This document shows, piece after piece, positions 13,501-28,500 of a DNA stretch of 64,000 nucleotides. Position 1 is the stretch's first letter. The number at the start of each line of letters is the position of its first letter. The stretch spans positions 624,570-688,569 of the forward strand of contig NMRA01000129.1 of assembly GCA_002633005.1 (NCBI GenBank). Direction: 5' to 3'. This stretch comes from Phoronis australis. Its lineage: Eukaryota; Animalia; Phoronida. The position numbers and the translations under genes were made by a program. The notes beneath the pieces were generated by a model. That model made no database searches. It had not been told where the DNA came from and was given only the letters and a program-made list of their open reading frames with translations.

Positions 13501-16500
13501 TGGCAATAACTCACATAGACTTGCATGTCTTGAATTTCACTAAGCTGGCAAGATACTAGTCTTACTGAACAAACACCAGAGCTTCTAGAGAAATAATCAT
13601 CAGTCAAGCGGCCAAATCCAATTACAACAACAAAGTCAAAATATCAATTCCTCTATGTTCAGTGTAATTTAAACTCGCTCGTTACTGGTAATCACAGTAC
13701 AACAATTATAGTTAACTTACATATTTCCTCTAGAGAGAGGCATTAGGTTCAGGAACATGTAGAGTATGTTCAGAATCACATTCTGAATGACCTCAAACTC
13801 CTGCAATGAGCAGACACGTTTATGAAACACACAATTAATCTGCTCTGTTCAAGTGACAAGGGGACCGGGGACCAGACAAGTTTGCGTACAGCACGACAAG
13901 TATGAACAAATGGATGGTATACTCAATCATTTGAACCAAAATCTGACGTATGATCAACGAATCATTCAACCACAAGTCAATTTTGCGGTACGCATGCTCA
14001 CTAGATTGAAGTAATGACTCTATGGTTCTGCTATATTGTTCGAAGTTCGTGCATACAATTGTGTGGTTCCCTAGCTTGTAAAATGTAACACAAGTATCAG
14101 CTTCAATCTTTTTGACAAGGTCACACAATACAGCTGGATATATAGGCAGACACTTTCTTCACAGCTGGCACCATAACAGAATGCTTCACGACAAGACAAG
14201 TTTATGTTGATCATATGTAATGTGCACATATTTTGGCAGTGCACTTACATACATTTGTCCACAAAACTTCAGTCTGTTCTAGTGTTTCACAAAGATCAGG
14301 TGCTCTTATAAGCGCACGCGTCTGTTAATTGTATAACCTAGAATTGTGGTCTTTTGTCCATTCTTTGTAGTCCTCACTTAAAGTTATGTAGGACCCTATA
14401 AACATGTCAAAATTTGACTAACTTTGGAACAACATATCTCAGAAATGGCTGAAAGGAAACTTTCACTATGATTCACGCACTGTTCTCCAAAATGCTGTTA
14501 GGAATAGTTTTTAAAGTGTTCCACTTTTGAACCCTCACAGTAGGAACACATATTCATGGTTCTTAGATTGATTTATTGGATAGAGAGACTTGAAAATAAA
14601 TGTTTCCTTATTTTTTGCTTAATTTCATTAAAAAGACATGGTCACGTGACCCAATTGCAGATTCTTCGGTAAAAAGTCACAAATCAGATTTTACAAATTT
14701 TCTACTTTCAAAAAAATTATAAACTTACAGTTAAAATCAAATCATAGTTTGGTAGATATTTGACAAAATATGACAACTTGTCAATGAGGCCCTACACAAC
14801 CTTAACATAAGGGATTCAACTTTCCAAGGCAGCAACAAATTGACAATAAATTAACAGTAAAGCTAGACAATAGAGCATAAGTCTAATACCTACCGAATTC
14901 TTAACATCACTGTGCCGTGTCTCTGCAAGCTTTTGAAGCTTACTAAATAAGAAGTCTAACTCCTTGCTATAAGACCTGGTCCTGGTTTGTGTAGATGAGG
15001 TAGTGAGAATAAGGTTAATCTGTTCTGATCTACAATAAAATAATGCAGTGCACTTGCAGGTCAAATACACAAGTGTACAACTGGATTTAAATCAACAGGA
15101 CAGTAAACCCTCATCAATTTTGGACAAATGAAATTTTATTTCCCATCTATTTAATTAAAAGATAAGCAACACCAAATCAATGCTTTGCTATAATTTTTTT
15201 TAAAGTCGGTTGAGATTTGTTTACAATTTTCCCAACAATATCCTGCAGACTGCTATCATTGCCATCTGATGAACAGCAGCTGAGCTCGTTGGCCAGGACT
15301 GCAGTTGCTGTGCTGTCCAGTTTCACTTTCCTGAACCCAGACACAGAATTAACGAGGAGAATGTTTAGGTCAGCTGAGTTTCGGTCAATTGAAAATATTT
15401 TATCACAATCCTCCATCAATCGTGAAATTCTTGTCATTATTTCTTCTGGGGGAAATATTGTAAGACAGTCTCCAAGATATGTTTTCACCCAAAATGAGCG
15501 CTGCATACTTCATGCCGTGATGTTGGAGAGTATTCACTAAACCGCCCTTTCTTTTCAGCTCTACCATTGATTGCTTTTGATCCATTTTTGTGAAGTTCTT
15601 GATCCCGGAGAATCAATAGCAGCTAAACTCTTTATCTCGCTTGCTGTTATTAAAGGAGTCAGGCACACAACACGGATAACTTTCCTGTGACCACTTCTCC
15701 GACATATTTGTTTACTGAATGATACCCCTATACCCATAATGCAACATTCTGATCCATTTCCAATGTGATTTGATAATCTACGTTGAATGAGTGAATCTGT
15801 AAATTATGTAGCCACTATGTCAATTGAATAAGTATTATTAAGTAAAAACACCGCTGCATTAAACATACCCTACATCAAATATTTATTGAAAAGAAAAGAC
15901 AGATGCATAAATTAGAGCAAACAGCACCGATCCCATTCAGGCGATGCTTGCCACAATAACACTGCTGTGTGGTGTAGTCAATACTTACTCAGGCTCCGTC
16001 AACATTATTGTTGTACCTTCTAATCTCTTCTTGTTGTCATTTATACTGGGTACTTGAGTCGTTACCATGAAGCCTTGTTGATTCATTTTTCGCTTCTGAA
16101 AAAGGATCGTAGATTTTACGAATGATGTAGCAACATAACATTATACAATACCAAACATATTAAGAAAAGTGAATGCATGAAAGTGAGACAAAGTTTGTTG
16201 GACAAGATGGGTACACTTAACGAAGATGAAATCTCAATTCAGTCATGAATATTTAAAGACACTGGTTTTTTGTAAGAGTCATTTAAGCATCCCACTCCAC
16301 AGCAGTGATATCAGATGTCATGACAACTCCAAAGAATAATAAGAAAAGTGGTTTACAATGCCACACTATAAATCTCCAACCACATCGCGTGTTCACAATA
16401 GGTGGCGCTGAATGCTTGTCAAATACAGACACCAATAACTTGCTAATTTTGATCAACTAAACTAATTAGCTGTAAACACTAAAATGCATTACCCTTGCAA

Positions 16501-19500
16501 TGTTGATGAGATCTTGACAGGTTCTGGCACCTTCTAGGTCAGTCTTTATGCCTTCATAGTTTAATGACCCATCACTGTAATGCCAAAGGCCAAACGTTCC
16601 TATTCCTCTAACAAACAACCACTGACATTCTACGCATCAATAACAAACATTGCTATCACACTACAAATCATAGATCAAGCTCCACTGTAACTCCTAAATC
16701 ATCAATCACTGTGCACTGAAAAGACAGAAATTTCAACTATTCTCATGAATGATGAGACTCATACTGCTGGTCCAGTTGCTTGTGCGGATGTGAAGTTTCC
16801 AACTCTTCATGGACGAGACATTAACAGTCCTTCACAGTTTACTCCCCAGTCATTGTTGGTGCATTGGAGGACTAAATACTTACATGACTTCAATGAGTAA
16901 ACAGTTCTTTGACACCAGACCATGGTTTATAATGGCCTTCAAGACATACGTTCTGAAGATAACTTGAATTGAAACTTGACCCAATGCTTACCCTTTGTAA
17001 TGCTCCAGCATAGTCTTCAGAAGTTTAAAGACTAAATCATAATATACATTCAGCTTAAAGTTGGTTGCTTGACCTCTGCAAATAACAGAATTAAGACTGC
17101 ATGTATGTAGACAGCTGAATGTTAAAGTCACATAGCAACAAAGTCATGGTCAAATGTGCCACATTCAAACTAGAACAAACTGAGATTGCAGTGGAGAAAC
17201 TACAGCACATATCAAAAGTATTCAGACAGAATGACCCGAAATTTCTGTCATGGTGACTGTTTGGAAGGTATATTGTCATGGCAACTGGAAGGTATATTGT
17301 CATAGTGACTGTTTGGAAGGTATATTGTCATGGTGACTGGAAGGTATATTGTCATGGTGACTGTTTGGAAGGTACATTGTCATGGTGACTGTTTGGAAGG
17401 TACATTGTCATGGTGACTGTTTGGAAGATATATTCATTGCCAGAGTAGCCTTCCCTCATGAACAGAAAACCAAGACTAGAGATTTTTCCTGGGCCCTTTT
17501 CGCCACTTCCTCTGTTGCGCTTAGTAAATACACATCAGGGGACAGTAAGGAATAATATGATTCCAATACAACCAAGGATTTGTATGCTCAGTAAAGGTAA
17601 CACTAAAGACTGTTACTTTACACTTGACTAGACAAACCCATGTGACAAAATGCATACTTTATAAAACTGATCTCTGTCTTGAAGCCATCGCTGGCACTTT
17701 GTCGTGTGACCACGTCCAACCACAAGCAGACGTGTTCAGGATCAACCAGCCGACGGTATCCAACAGCCACACTAAACATGTCTTTCCAACTGATGTTCTT
17801 CCAACTTTTGTTACCTGCAATAAGTACAGCTTCACATGCTTCATTCTGCTTAGTAGTGAGATTTTAGTGCAAAAAGCCATTAATTTTGTCTAAAAATTCA
17901 TTTCATTGTTTGATACTTATCCCACTGTTTTCCTAGATTGGAATGCAGCATGATAGTAATGGATGCCAATCATTTCCTTAGGACCAACAGGGTTGGTGCA
18001 GGGTTGGTGCAGGATTGGTGCAGGGTTGGTGCAGGGTTGGTGCAGGGCTGGTGCAGGGTCAGGTTTGGCAGAGAGAACCCCTTCCCGTGAGGATATTTGT
18101 GTCATTACATTCCAGAGATCTTCTTGAAGAGATGTCAGTTGACTTGAGCTGCACATTCTCTCAGAAGATGTCTTTTTCAGGTCTCTGCTGTCGCATTTAT
18201 TGTTCATAGCAGGACGACCAGATTTTAGTGCACAGGGAAAACACGGCTTATCTAATACTTAGCCACCATAATGTGTCACCAGGAATTTCAAAGTTCAAAT
18301 GGCACAGAATGCACAATGTGCCTAGTTAAACAAGGTACTCCTACGACCTGATGACTTTTGCGGTGTATCGAGATGCTTTGGCCACAAGGTTGGGCTCACA
18401 GCACCGGTGATCTGATTATGACTCGAAGGGACCCCTCAGCATGAAGTTTTTCATGGTTTACGTTCTCAAATCTTTTTTCAAAAAGTTGGAAAGACTGCTA
18501 AACATGAATGATCTACCAGTTTGCTCAGGCAAATGATAAATTACCATTGAACACAAATTAGTGTTCTCCAACTCTTAACTTCAATCTTGCCAAAATTAGT
18601 TATTAACTCCCAACCATTGGTTACCCTACAAGTTTAACCTTAACTAAGACTGATTACAGTCAAGTCCTCACCTTTCACCTTGTTATTACTTGTGGGGTTG
18701 AAGAAAGACTCCATTGCTTGTGCCACATGTATTGCTGCCAGTCCCATAGCCAGGTTTAACCGGCGGTTTGGCATGACTCCATCCACTGTAACCTGTGATA
18801 AAGTACCAAGCTGCTCCGCTTTACACACTAGAGTTTTCAGGTCAACAGACACATCTACTGCTCTTGTCACGTCACTGAAATGATTTGAACAATATACAAA
18901 TGTATTAAACCATACTGTCACCAATGAGGCATGAAAAATAAAGTATTGAAGTAGTAAGAATTTAGCTGGTCTCATTCATAAATTCTTGTGTCCAAGAAAT
19001 TACGTCAACATAACTACATGAACATGATAATGCAACTATGATCACTATTTTCTTTATTTTCAACAATAAACACAAATTCTCAGGTCCAATAAATTACACC
19101 TAGTATGTACATGAACTATAATGGATACAAAACATGATGATGCGACTACGATCGTTATTTTCTTCAATCAACATAAATGGGTTAAAAATCTAACCCACGG
19201 TAACAAAGTCATTGTCCAGCCACCTTAAAAACCATTTACTCATTTTGACTCAATTCTGCTCTTAACTCATGGAGGGATACGTAACGATGTAAACAGGTTT
19301 CAACAGTGGAGCCATATGTCAAATGGCTATGACACTTGGTTCAACACAACACTTGGCTCAACACAACACTTGGCTCAACACAACACTAGGCTCAACACAA
19401 CACTTGGCTCAACACAACACTTGGCTCAACACAACACTTGGCTCAACACAACACTTGGCTCAACACAACACTTGGCTCAACACAACACTTACTTTATACT

Positions 19501-22500
19501 CGGCTGTAATCCCGGTTGTTCTCTGTAGCTATTCTACAATAAAAAGAACAATAAATGAATTAAAGTGACAAGAAAACGTGTCAACAAATATTGCATAGGT
19601 TCACGTAAACTGATCATCGTGACAACATAACATTTTTATGTAAAAGCCATTCACAATAATTTTGTTCTCCAGCATCATACACTTTCAATAACTTCTCATT
19701 ACGTTTAGCCATGCTAATAAAATAACGCCAACATCAGAATTGATGAATAAAAATTCATAAGAAAAATATTTACATGCTGGCACTTTATGGGCTAATATAT
19801 AGCCATTTGTAACAGGGCCATTGCCCCTCTGTTCATTGCAAAAAAGTCTTCCACTCAGTCAAAACGTAATTCAATTTTGCATTTGGGGTTCATTGCAAAG
19901 TGCCCTTAGCTTGCCACTCATTTCAGCCTTCCCTAGCTGGTTGACAACAATTTGGTATTTGGTCTGATTTAATGCTAGGTGGACCATAAGTCATTATCAC
20001 ATTTTGGGGCCTGAAAACCAAAATATTGACTAGGCGTAAGTCAATCATTGTTTTACATCCACTAATTTATGTTAGGAGGCTATGTTTGGGCTTTCGATAG
20101 TATGTTGATCACTCATTCGATCGGTCAACTACCAAGTTTTACCCAAAATATTGGAGAGATTTTGAGAAAGCTTATAGATCATGCTTGGAATTGATAAAAG
20201 GACAATCAATTATATTTTGAGAAAGAAATCATATTTTGCAGACATTCAACAGTCCCTTTTAGTGCAGAATAATAAACGAAAACAACATTTGGCTATATCA
20301 ATGTGATCACAAACTACGTGTTACCACACACAAGAGTGTGTTCTAGCTAAATGGCCATTACTGTGCTGACTTTTATGATGCAAACATCACATTATTTTTT
20401 AATTCTGCTTCCAATCCAACTGCTGGTTTTCTTCTTCATAATTTTTGCACTGAACCATCTTCCAGTCACCTCACCTCTTTAAATATTGAAAGTAGAAACT
20501 CAATGTCTTCACCATCATCATTCATATTTCAATCTATTACACATAAAATTTTGTGAACTTATGATTGAAGCTGGAAACAATTCCAAAAAGGTGGATTCAT
20601 TTTTTAAAAAGAGATGTTGACTTTTTCAGAGTTCAAATGCTGTTACCACAAGAGGTTAACAACACTTCTTGTGAATGCAGTAAGTCCAGCTGGTCATGTG
20701 GTCTTAGGGCAGGGACCAGAGGTCCACTCCCTCACATTTCACCAAAAACGGGGTCTGTCCACTATGCAATTTCAAAATTTGATGGAGTTGTAGCATTGGT
20801 AAAAGTTATCAAAAATATTAATTGGTCTTCTAATATCAGGGCTAAAAACCACTAGAGATTTGATAAAAAAATTGAAAGCGTGTTGCGAGATTGGTCAATT
20901 TTAGAGTTCAGTAGTCTCCAATAAAACTTAATAGTCACATGCCCTGCTCTCAGGTAGACCTGGTGCAACATACTGACAAACAGTCTGTCCCTGAACTCCT
21001 GCCTCTTCATATTCAAAATTGGCCAAGTTTAACAGACGTTGCACATAAAACTGAAAGGGAAATCTAACCACGTATCCACGTAACAACACAGAAGTATGAA
21101 AAAAATCTGCTTTCAGAGAAAAGTTCCAAGCAACTGTACATCAGTATCACAGGTTAACTTTTTTTCAAACACAGTGACAATTTCAGTATTAGTAGCACTA
21201 CGGTTCTTCAAAGAACTTTTGTAAGCTTACTGTGAACATAAATCGCTCGCCCTTGGCCCAGGATTCAATGAACTCTCCTTTGAGGTCATTGTCTACGTTC
21301 AGAGACTTGACTGGCAAGTCCAAGTGAGCATGAAGGTATCGGGAGTATTCTGCAAAGGAAAAGAATTCAGTTCACTAAAAAGTATTATAATACATGGTGG
21401 CTAGATCCTAATGCAAATTTAGTTTCGACTTAAGACAATTTACCAGGATGTCAAGTCAGTTTCAATGAACTACATAATTTTTAATGTTCATCAAACTTTT
21501 GGATACTTTTGACAGCTTATCAAAAAACAAATATACACCTCAAATTGCATATCATCACATTAACATGGAATGTCACTAAATTATTGTACAACAAAGAATT
21601 TCTAGAATAACTATTTACTATAATTTTACAAGTAAATTTCAAGGAAAACCACAAACTTAGTAAGCCTGGTACAGGCATTTTAAGAGTCGATCAAAAAGTC
21701 ACCAGCACAGTGAGGGTTTCATAGGTACAAAATGCAGACAACATTGGCTGGATATGACCTTAACAAGAAAAACCTACCAAAAGCTTTAAACATTTACTGA
21801 TTATCTCAATTCCCTCATTCCATTCACACTACAAACCTTTAAGGTACTGTGCACTGACAAATTCTGATGTAGCCTGTATGATTGGAAGGTCATTTCCGTT
21901 GACAATCAACTGAAAAGAAATCACTAAAACTGTACTCATTTCATACTGAAAGCATATATTAGTTTTCATAGTGCATGAATACTTGTATCCTTAACCAATG
22001 TACAAAACCTGTGTTATAACTAAAAACTGCCATAAGGAGTGTGACTGTAGTTGAAACTATACAAAACTTGATGCCTGTCAGATTGAAACAAATGTAAAAT
22101 TTAGTGACAAAGTTTCAAACCATTAGGCAGGCAGAAATGTCGATGGCAAAAACATAAACAGATTCAAAATTACCCATATAACACACTGAATCAGTGGGGA
22201 AAATGGACAGTATTATCTTCCTCAGTTTTTAAAAAATCTCAAAGTTCACCACGAAGAATTAGAGGCAGAAAGGTAAAATCACCACAAGGGGGCACAGCAG
22301 TAGTTGGATATGTTCGTAAGTCAGCATAAGCTGTGACCTTGGAAACAGGAACACACCTACCAAATTCCATGATGATCCATTGAAGAAGCTACCAAAAGTA
22401 TGGAAGGTGCAAAACATAACAGCCACTGAGAAGCATAGAGCATAACAGAAGTTAAATTCATCCAAGACTCCATGGTCTCCTCCCTAGAAACACATCAGTC

Positions 22501-25500
22501 TAATTTCTCGACGATCTTAAGCTGAGTTCGGTAGATGTTGAAGCAGGCACAAAAACCTGCCAATAGGGAGCATAGCCTGAAAATCAACATCTGCCTTGCT
22601 CCTGTTATTAGGACCATATCACTCGAATTTCATGATGATCCTTCAGCAAACTCAGTAGATATTGAAGTAGGCCCAAAAGCTACTGCAAGTGCCACTAGGG
22701 AGCGTAGCGATCTGTAAGAAAATCAATGTCAGCCATGCTCTTGTTAATAGGAACAAATGTCATGACAATTCTTCACTGAACACCAGAGATATGAGCTGAG
22801 GCAGGCGCAAAAAGGCCACTAGAGGGCACAGCAGCACATAATCCATTTGACAAATTTCATGACGATCCTTCACACCATTTGACAGATATGGACACCAAAA
22901 TTATAAAAATTGCCACTAAGGGGTGCAGCAATAATTGGCTGACCCTGAAAATTTATGGGTAGCATCATCCCTTTGATAGGCAAAAATCAGTTGAATTTCA
23001 CAAAGATCCAGTGAGTGACTTAGTAGATATAGAGGCAAACATGGAAGCTCAAATTTGCCATTATGTTGCACCACAGTACTCAGATCTGTCCAAAAGTCAT
23101 CATCTATCCTCAGCTTCCTAGGGGCACACCTGCTAATTTTCACAGAAACCCTACATGGGGTTTTATTAGGAGATACAGCAGCTGACACTGGATGCCCAAA
23201 CAGAGATGATGACGATAGGTACCCACATATCAAATTGCGGGGCATAAAGATATAGTTTTCCAAATATGCAGTCTGGGGCTTATTGTCACATATTCCTAGT
23301 ATATCCAGGCAGCTCACATGGCAGTGTACATAGATATCAGCCATCAAAGGCCTTTTTTAAATCATTGCAGGTCTTCAATTTGTTTTTGATGGCCAATTTT
23401 TCCTTTGTTCAAAGGAGACCCAAAAATCTGAGATAAAGACCCCTCCACCATCGAGCATAAAATAAGTGAAAATTTTCATGTGAATGGACCCAAGTGCTAA
23501 AGAGAAATCAATGTTCAAAACACTAAAAGAGATGAAAATTGAAAGGCCAACAAAAATTTGCTACCTAATTGAAATCAACTGAAGTCATCCTAGTTAGCAA
23601 TTTGGACACTTGACGCATAAATAATGCGTTTAAAAATTGTTATGAGAGGTAACTATGACAAATATAGACATAACTTTATACAATATGTTGATATTGTATT
23701 TTTGGGAGAAAATCTCAGAATTTGATATTAGTCATTTAACTTAACTGGATGCCAAAGGTTTCAAGCAAAATCTGCTGGAGTAAACACTTTTCTATTTTGT
23801 ATCCATGTATAGTTAAACAGTTTACCAAAATTGGTTTCTTTTTAAACAAACCTTCTGACAATATGACCCATAAACATTTATTAGAAGATTCAAAAAATAT
23901 CAAAAGCACAGATTAATAACTTATACCATATGATAACACATGCAACAATACCCATTCATACAAAGTTTTAAATCCAACATCAGACAAAGCGAGACAGCAC
24001 TGCAGAAAAAGAAAACAGCAGATTATCTGAATACTTCTTGGTCACTAGGGGTCAGCAGTGATACTTTGTTATTTATTCTTGACAAGAAAATCCTAACTTT
24101 ACCTTAGTAAAGGCCTTGATCCCTGGATAGAACTGGCCCATTGCAGTATACGACAAACCCTCCATATACCGGCATACATGATTGTTTGGTTCCAGTGACA
24201 AACACACCTAAAAAGACAACATTGCCGGTGACATTTTTGACGTTGGCTTTGCTAAAAATGCAAACCACCCAAGGACTGTTCCGTCACATAAAACATGCCC
24301 GAGACACCTTACATAACAGAAATAGTGTTTATGTACATAATTCAACATTCCAATCACTTCAGTAGTAGCCATTTTGCTATTACACGCTATTAAGGCCACA
24401 AAACGCGTGACCTTGTTTGAACTCACAGAATTCTCCTTATAGAACGCCTCCCAAATGTCTTAGAAATACTTCACATTTAAAACTGTTCCCTAACCCACCA
24501 CACGTTTCTACATTCCATTTCACTCGTCAGATCCAGCGGCCATGTTTAGATATCATTGTACTCATCACGACTAGGTCATGCAGGTCATGCAACATACGTA
24601 ACAAACCATCAAACATCCACACTTGCTCACCTGTGAGTCTTGCAAAGCTAAACTCAGGAGGCCCGAGTTGTAGTACATTGTCGCACGCAACTGACGTCCA
24701 AAAATGTGGGCCGGGTCTATTGTCAGTGACTTGTTGAAGAGTTCTCTGGCCTTCTTCAGATCTCCAAGTTCTCTGTAGAAGCGACAAAAGGTTGAGGCGT
24801 AGCAGGTGTAAGTTAGTTGCCTGGTCACAGTTTATAATTGCTCAATAGCTCATAACTGTGATCAGAATGTACAACTGTGTTAAAGATTGTAGGGACTAGG
24901 ACATCGTTCATTTCATCAAAGCACTAATCTTAGAGTGATAATTTTGTGAAGCCTTCAAAAAAATTGTCACAGACCTCAAAGTGCAATTCATCATTTTACA
25001 GACCATGGAAAATGAAACATAAAATGTCCAGTCATCATGTGGCAAGATGGCCTGATATCCCATAAATCTCTACTCTGGAATGCATGCATATCAGGTTTCA
25101 ACTATCCGTAAAAGGGTCTGTGAAAAGTATATGATGTGAATTAAACAGTTAATAATAAAAATGGACCTGTCAGCAATAGATAGTGGAGCATAAAATTTTA
25201 TAAGAGTTCAGCATTTCCTACAGGAATGAAACTGACTACTCGTTACCAATAAAGCAAACATACTCTCTATACACACAGACATGGTCACCACACACAAGTT
25301 GGAGATCAGCAGTACTGGAACAAATGTTAGCTCACTTCCATAATGAAGAGTAATGACTAGCCCAACTTAAGCTAAATGGAAAAAACCTTGAATGCGTTGT
25401 TCAATTAGTATTACACTCAACGGAACATGATCAAAATACCACATTGTGGATGCACAACTTTAGGATTAAGTTAAACTTACTTATAACTTTGGCTGATACT

Positions 25501-28500
25501 GAATAAGGCCTCAACGTTGTTCGGATTTAAATTTAGCACATCCTGGAAGACTTCAATGGCATTCTGAAAACAATACCTTTCTGAGAAATGACAGCAATTT
25601 ATCATACCCAACTCAGAGTGAAATATCAATTTCATCAAACGAATGCTAAATTTCCCAATCTAACACAGTCCATTGTTTTTGTAAATAAAATACATCACCT
25701 GAATAATGCATTTGGACTCTGTTTGTCATAAACTGGTTTTTATCATACAAGGCAGTGTATGAAAGCACACACCCTTCATTAAGTTGTACAGTAAACATGA
25801 ACGCTGGTCTGGGATTCTACACGACACAAACAGAATGCTCTTAGAAAAATGGATACTTCCAACACGTCAATCAACAAAATAATTCCAGCCAATCAGGTCA
25901 CTGTTAGATGTAAACTAAAAGAAGTGCATTTATCTTTATCCCACAAGCATTGGTTGTGAAGGAAAGTGTTACAGCGGTTTTATGATGCACTTGGAACACT
26001 TGCATAATGACAAACAGAGAATGATACGAGGAAATGTGTTTGTTACTGATCCTGAATAGCATGAAATAGACTTCACGATTAGATGAATAATCAAATGCAC
26101 CTGGATAAATCATAGACTATTGTCGATTACGCAAGGGCATGAACACAAAATGAAAGAAATTGACATTCCAAAGTGTTTCTTCAACTGTAATAATATTTTT
26201 TGTTTCATTTTTAACATAGTAAAATCTTACCAATTTTAGACGCACTATGGTGGATAAGTGAAATTTTATTTTATTTTATATAGAATCTTCCTTTCATTTC
26301 ACAGAAAATATGTAGCATCAAAGTTTCAACATTCCTTCAGTTCTACATCATGGCTACCAACACACAATATTTTACAAAATTCAGGGCAGTCACAACAGTT
26401 AGAAGCCTTAAATTTGAAAACCAAGATAAGTTTAATTTGGCCATTATTTTTGTTTGAAATTGGTGAGAATTTTAGAACTATGAAAATGTGGATAGCAACA
26501 TCACTTACAGAAATGTCAACCAAGACACTTAACACCACCTTTGGACACAAATTAAAACTCATACTTGCTAACTGTCCCGGATTTGGCAGGACCGTCCAAC
26601 CTTTTGAATATTTGTCCCGCCACAACAATAGAATGTCCTCTTTTTGACACAAGCAATGAAATTACCACATCTTTTTGTGGTTTTCCACGACTTACCCCTA
26701 TTTCTCCATTCCATATCACATGCATGAGCAGAAATATATAAACATTCCATCAGAATGTTTCTGGGTGTTGCGGCTGTCATTTGCCTCTTGTAGTATTGCC
26801 TAGATCCGCATGTGCAACTTGGTCATTTTCAAATGTTGCCAGCCATGTGAAACATTTAAATGCAGTCAAATTGTATGGAGTTGTGGAAGTAGTTTTTCCA
26901 AACAATATTTGTGCAGTGAAATAGCTTACCAGAGCACAAGCATTATATGAACCAAATACTGCACCCAGTGTTTGTTTGAATTGATCAGACAACCACATGA
27001 ATAAAGATTCGTATATTGGTAAAGATTGGTATATTGGTAATGATTGGTAATGATTGGTAATGATTGTTATGTCAACAGGCTGGCGTAATCTACAACTGGC
27101 TTGAAACACCTGACATCATGGATACACTGCTAAGTGCAACAGTCTGTTTGCTTCCCAAGGACACATTCTGATAATGCTTCCTCCCATGGCAAAAGTTTTT
27201 GTGAAATAAGAACAAAACCTCATCATAGAGAATTTGTTGCAGTAGTATGCTTGCATTGAACGTCCGTCATATTTGTGTTGTGCTTGTGGGATTTCTCAAC
27301 AGCAATTACTGTAGGTGTGTCCTAACAGCATTTGTCAGCGCTATCCCATGGTAATAACAAAATTCCCTACTTCTTTCTATTCCTAAGCTTGAGAGCAAAA
27401 GATGATGATTTCCTCAGTTCATAATTCAATAATAGAATACCTTTCCTGATGAAAGCTGTTTTAAAAGTCAAAAACACCACGATTACTTTCAGTGAATAGA
27501 CAAAAAAATTTTCAATTGTTTCAAAATTGCAGACACAACCCTTCATTTCAAGGAAAACAATTCAATGTCTGAAAGTTTTACCACAGCACCGTTATTAAAG
27601 ATTGAATGCGTGAATGAGTGGGTAAAATCCAATAAATAACCAAGTGTGGTATATACCCTAATCTTGCCACGGTACATCAAGGACAGTCCAAGACGATACA
27701 GTATACTTGGCTGTGGTGTCCTGGAGTTTTCTAATGACTTCCTGAAATCTTCCTCCGCCTTCACATAGTTGCGCTGCAGGAAGTGAATCAGGCCCCAGTT
27801 GGCAAACAATCTATTGGACTTATTGATATGAAGGGCTTTCTCCAGGTCACGAGTTGCCTCCTCGTATTGTCCCAGTGGCAGCAGCACCTAATCTCAATAA
27901 CAACAATATCAATAGTAACAATAATAACAATAACAATAATAACAATAATTACAACTGTTACAATAACAACAGCAGTAATAACAGTAATAACAACAACAAC
28001 ATTAACAACAATACTAATAACAACGATAACAATGACAATAATAACTACAAAATACGATAATAAGACATTGATGACAGAAAGTCGTATAGGTGAACACTTA
28101 CTGTTTCTAATGAATAAGCCAAGATTTCTTGATGTTGCCAGTGTCACAGTGCCAGCCACTACTGACCACACATCTGCCTTTTCACACACTCATTTCCACC
28201 CACTTACCTCTGCCCTTCTCTCGTACGTTTCTGCGTGGTCCTCATCAATCTTAACAGCTGTGGCATAGTCCTGCAGGGCCAGCTGAGCATTATTTCCAGT
28301 GTGTAGACCCCGCCGGACATAAGCGAGGGCACGGCCGTGATACGCCGCCAGAGTGTTAGGATAGTCCTGAACATGACAAATAGGTGCAAACATTACAACA
28401 ATCATAGTCAACAGCTAAATATAATTATCTAACTTTAACAAATATTCCAAATCAAATCAAGTAAGAATAGATATTAAGCCATGCATTTCAATTCTCCGTG

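Noticed and set aside
16884-16952. Candidate extra TTC13 exon with AG/GTAAGT
   Set aside because: Would need a 39-nt intron and shows no TTC13 similarity; neighbouring exons join in phase without it
23925-23999. Candidate TTC13 exon after a strong polypyrimidine tract
   Set aside because: No TTC13 similarity, and flanking exons are already colinear
27400-27500. C/D box-like words (atgatga, ctga) in a TTC13 intron as a snoRNA
   Set aside because: No terminal stem or recognisable rRNA guide
27783-28268. Ile/Thr- and Asn-rich ORFs
   Set aside because: Translations of an intronic (AAT/AAC)n microsatellite
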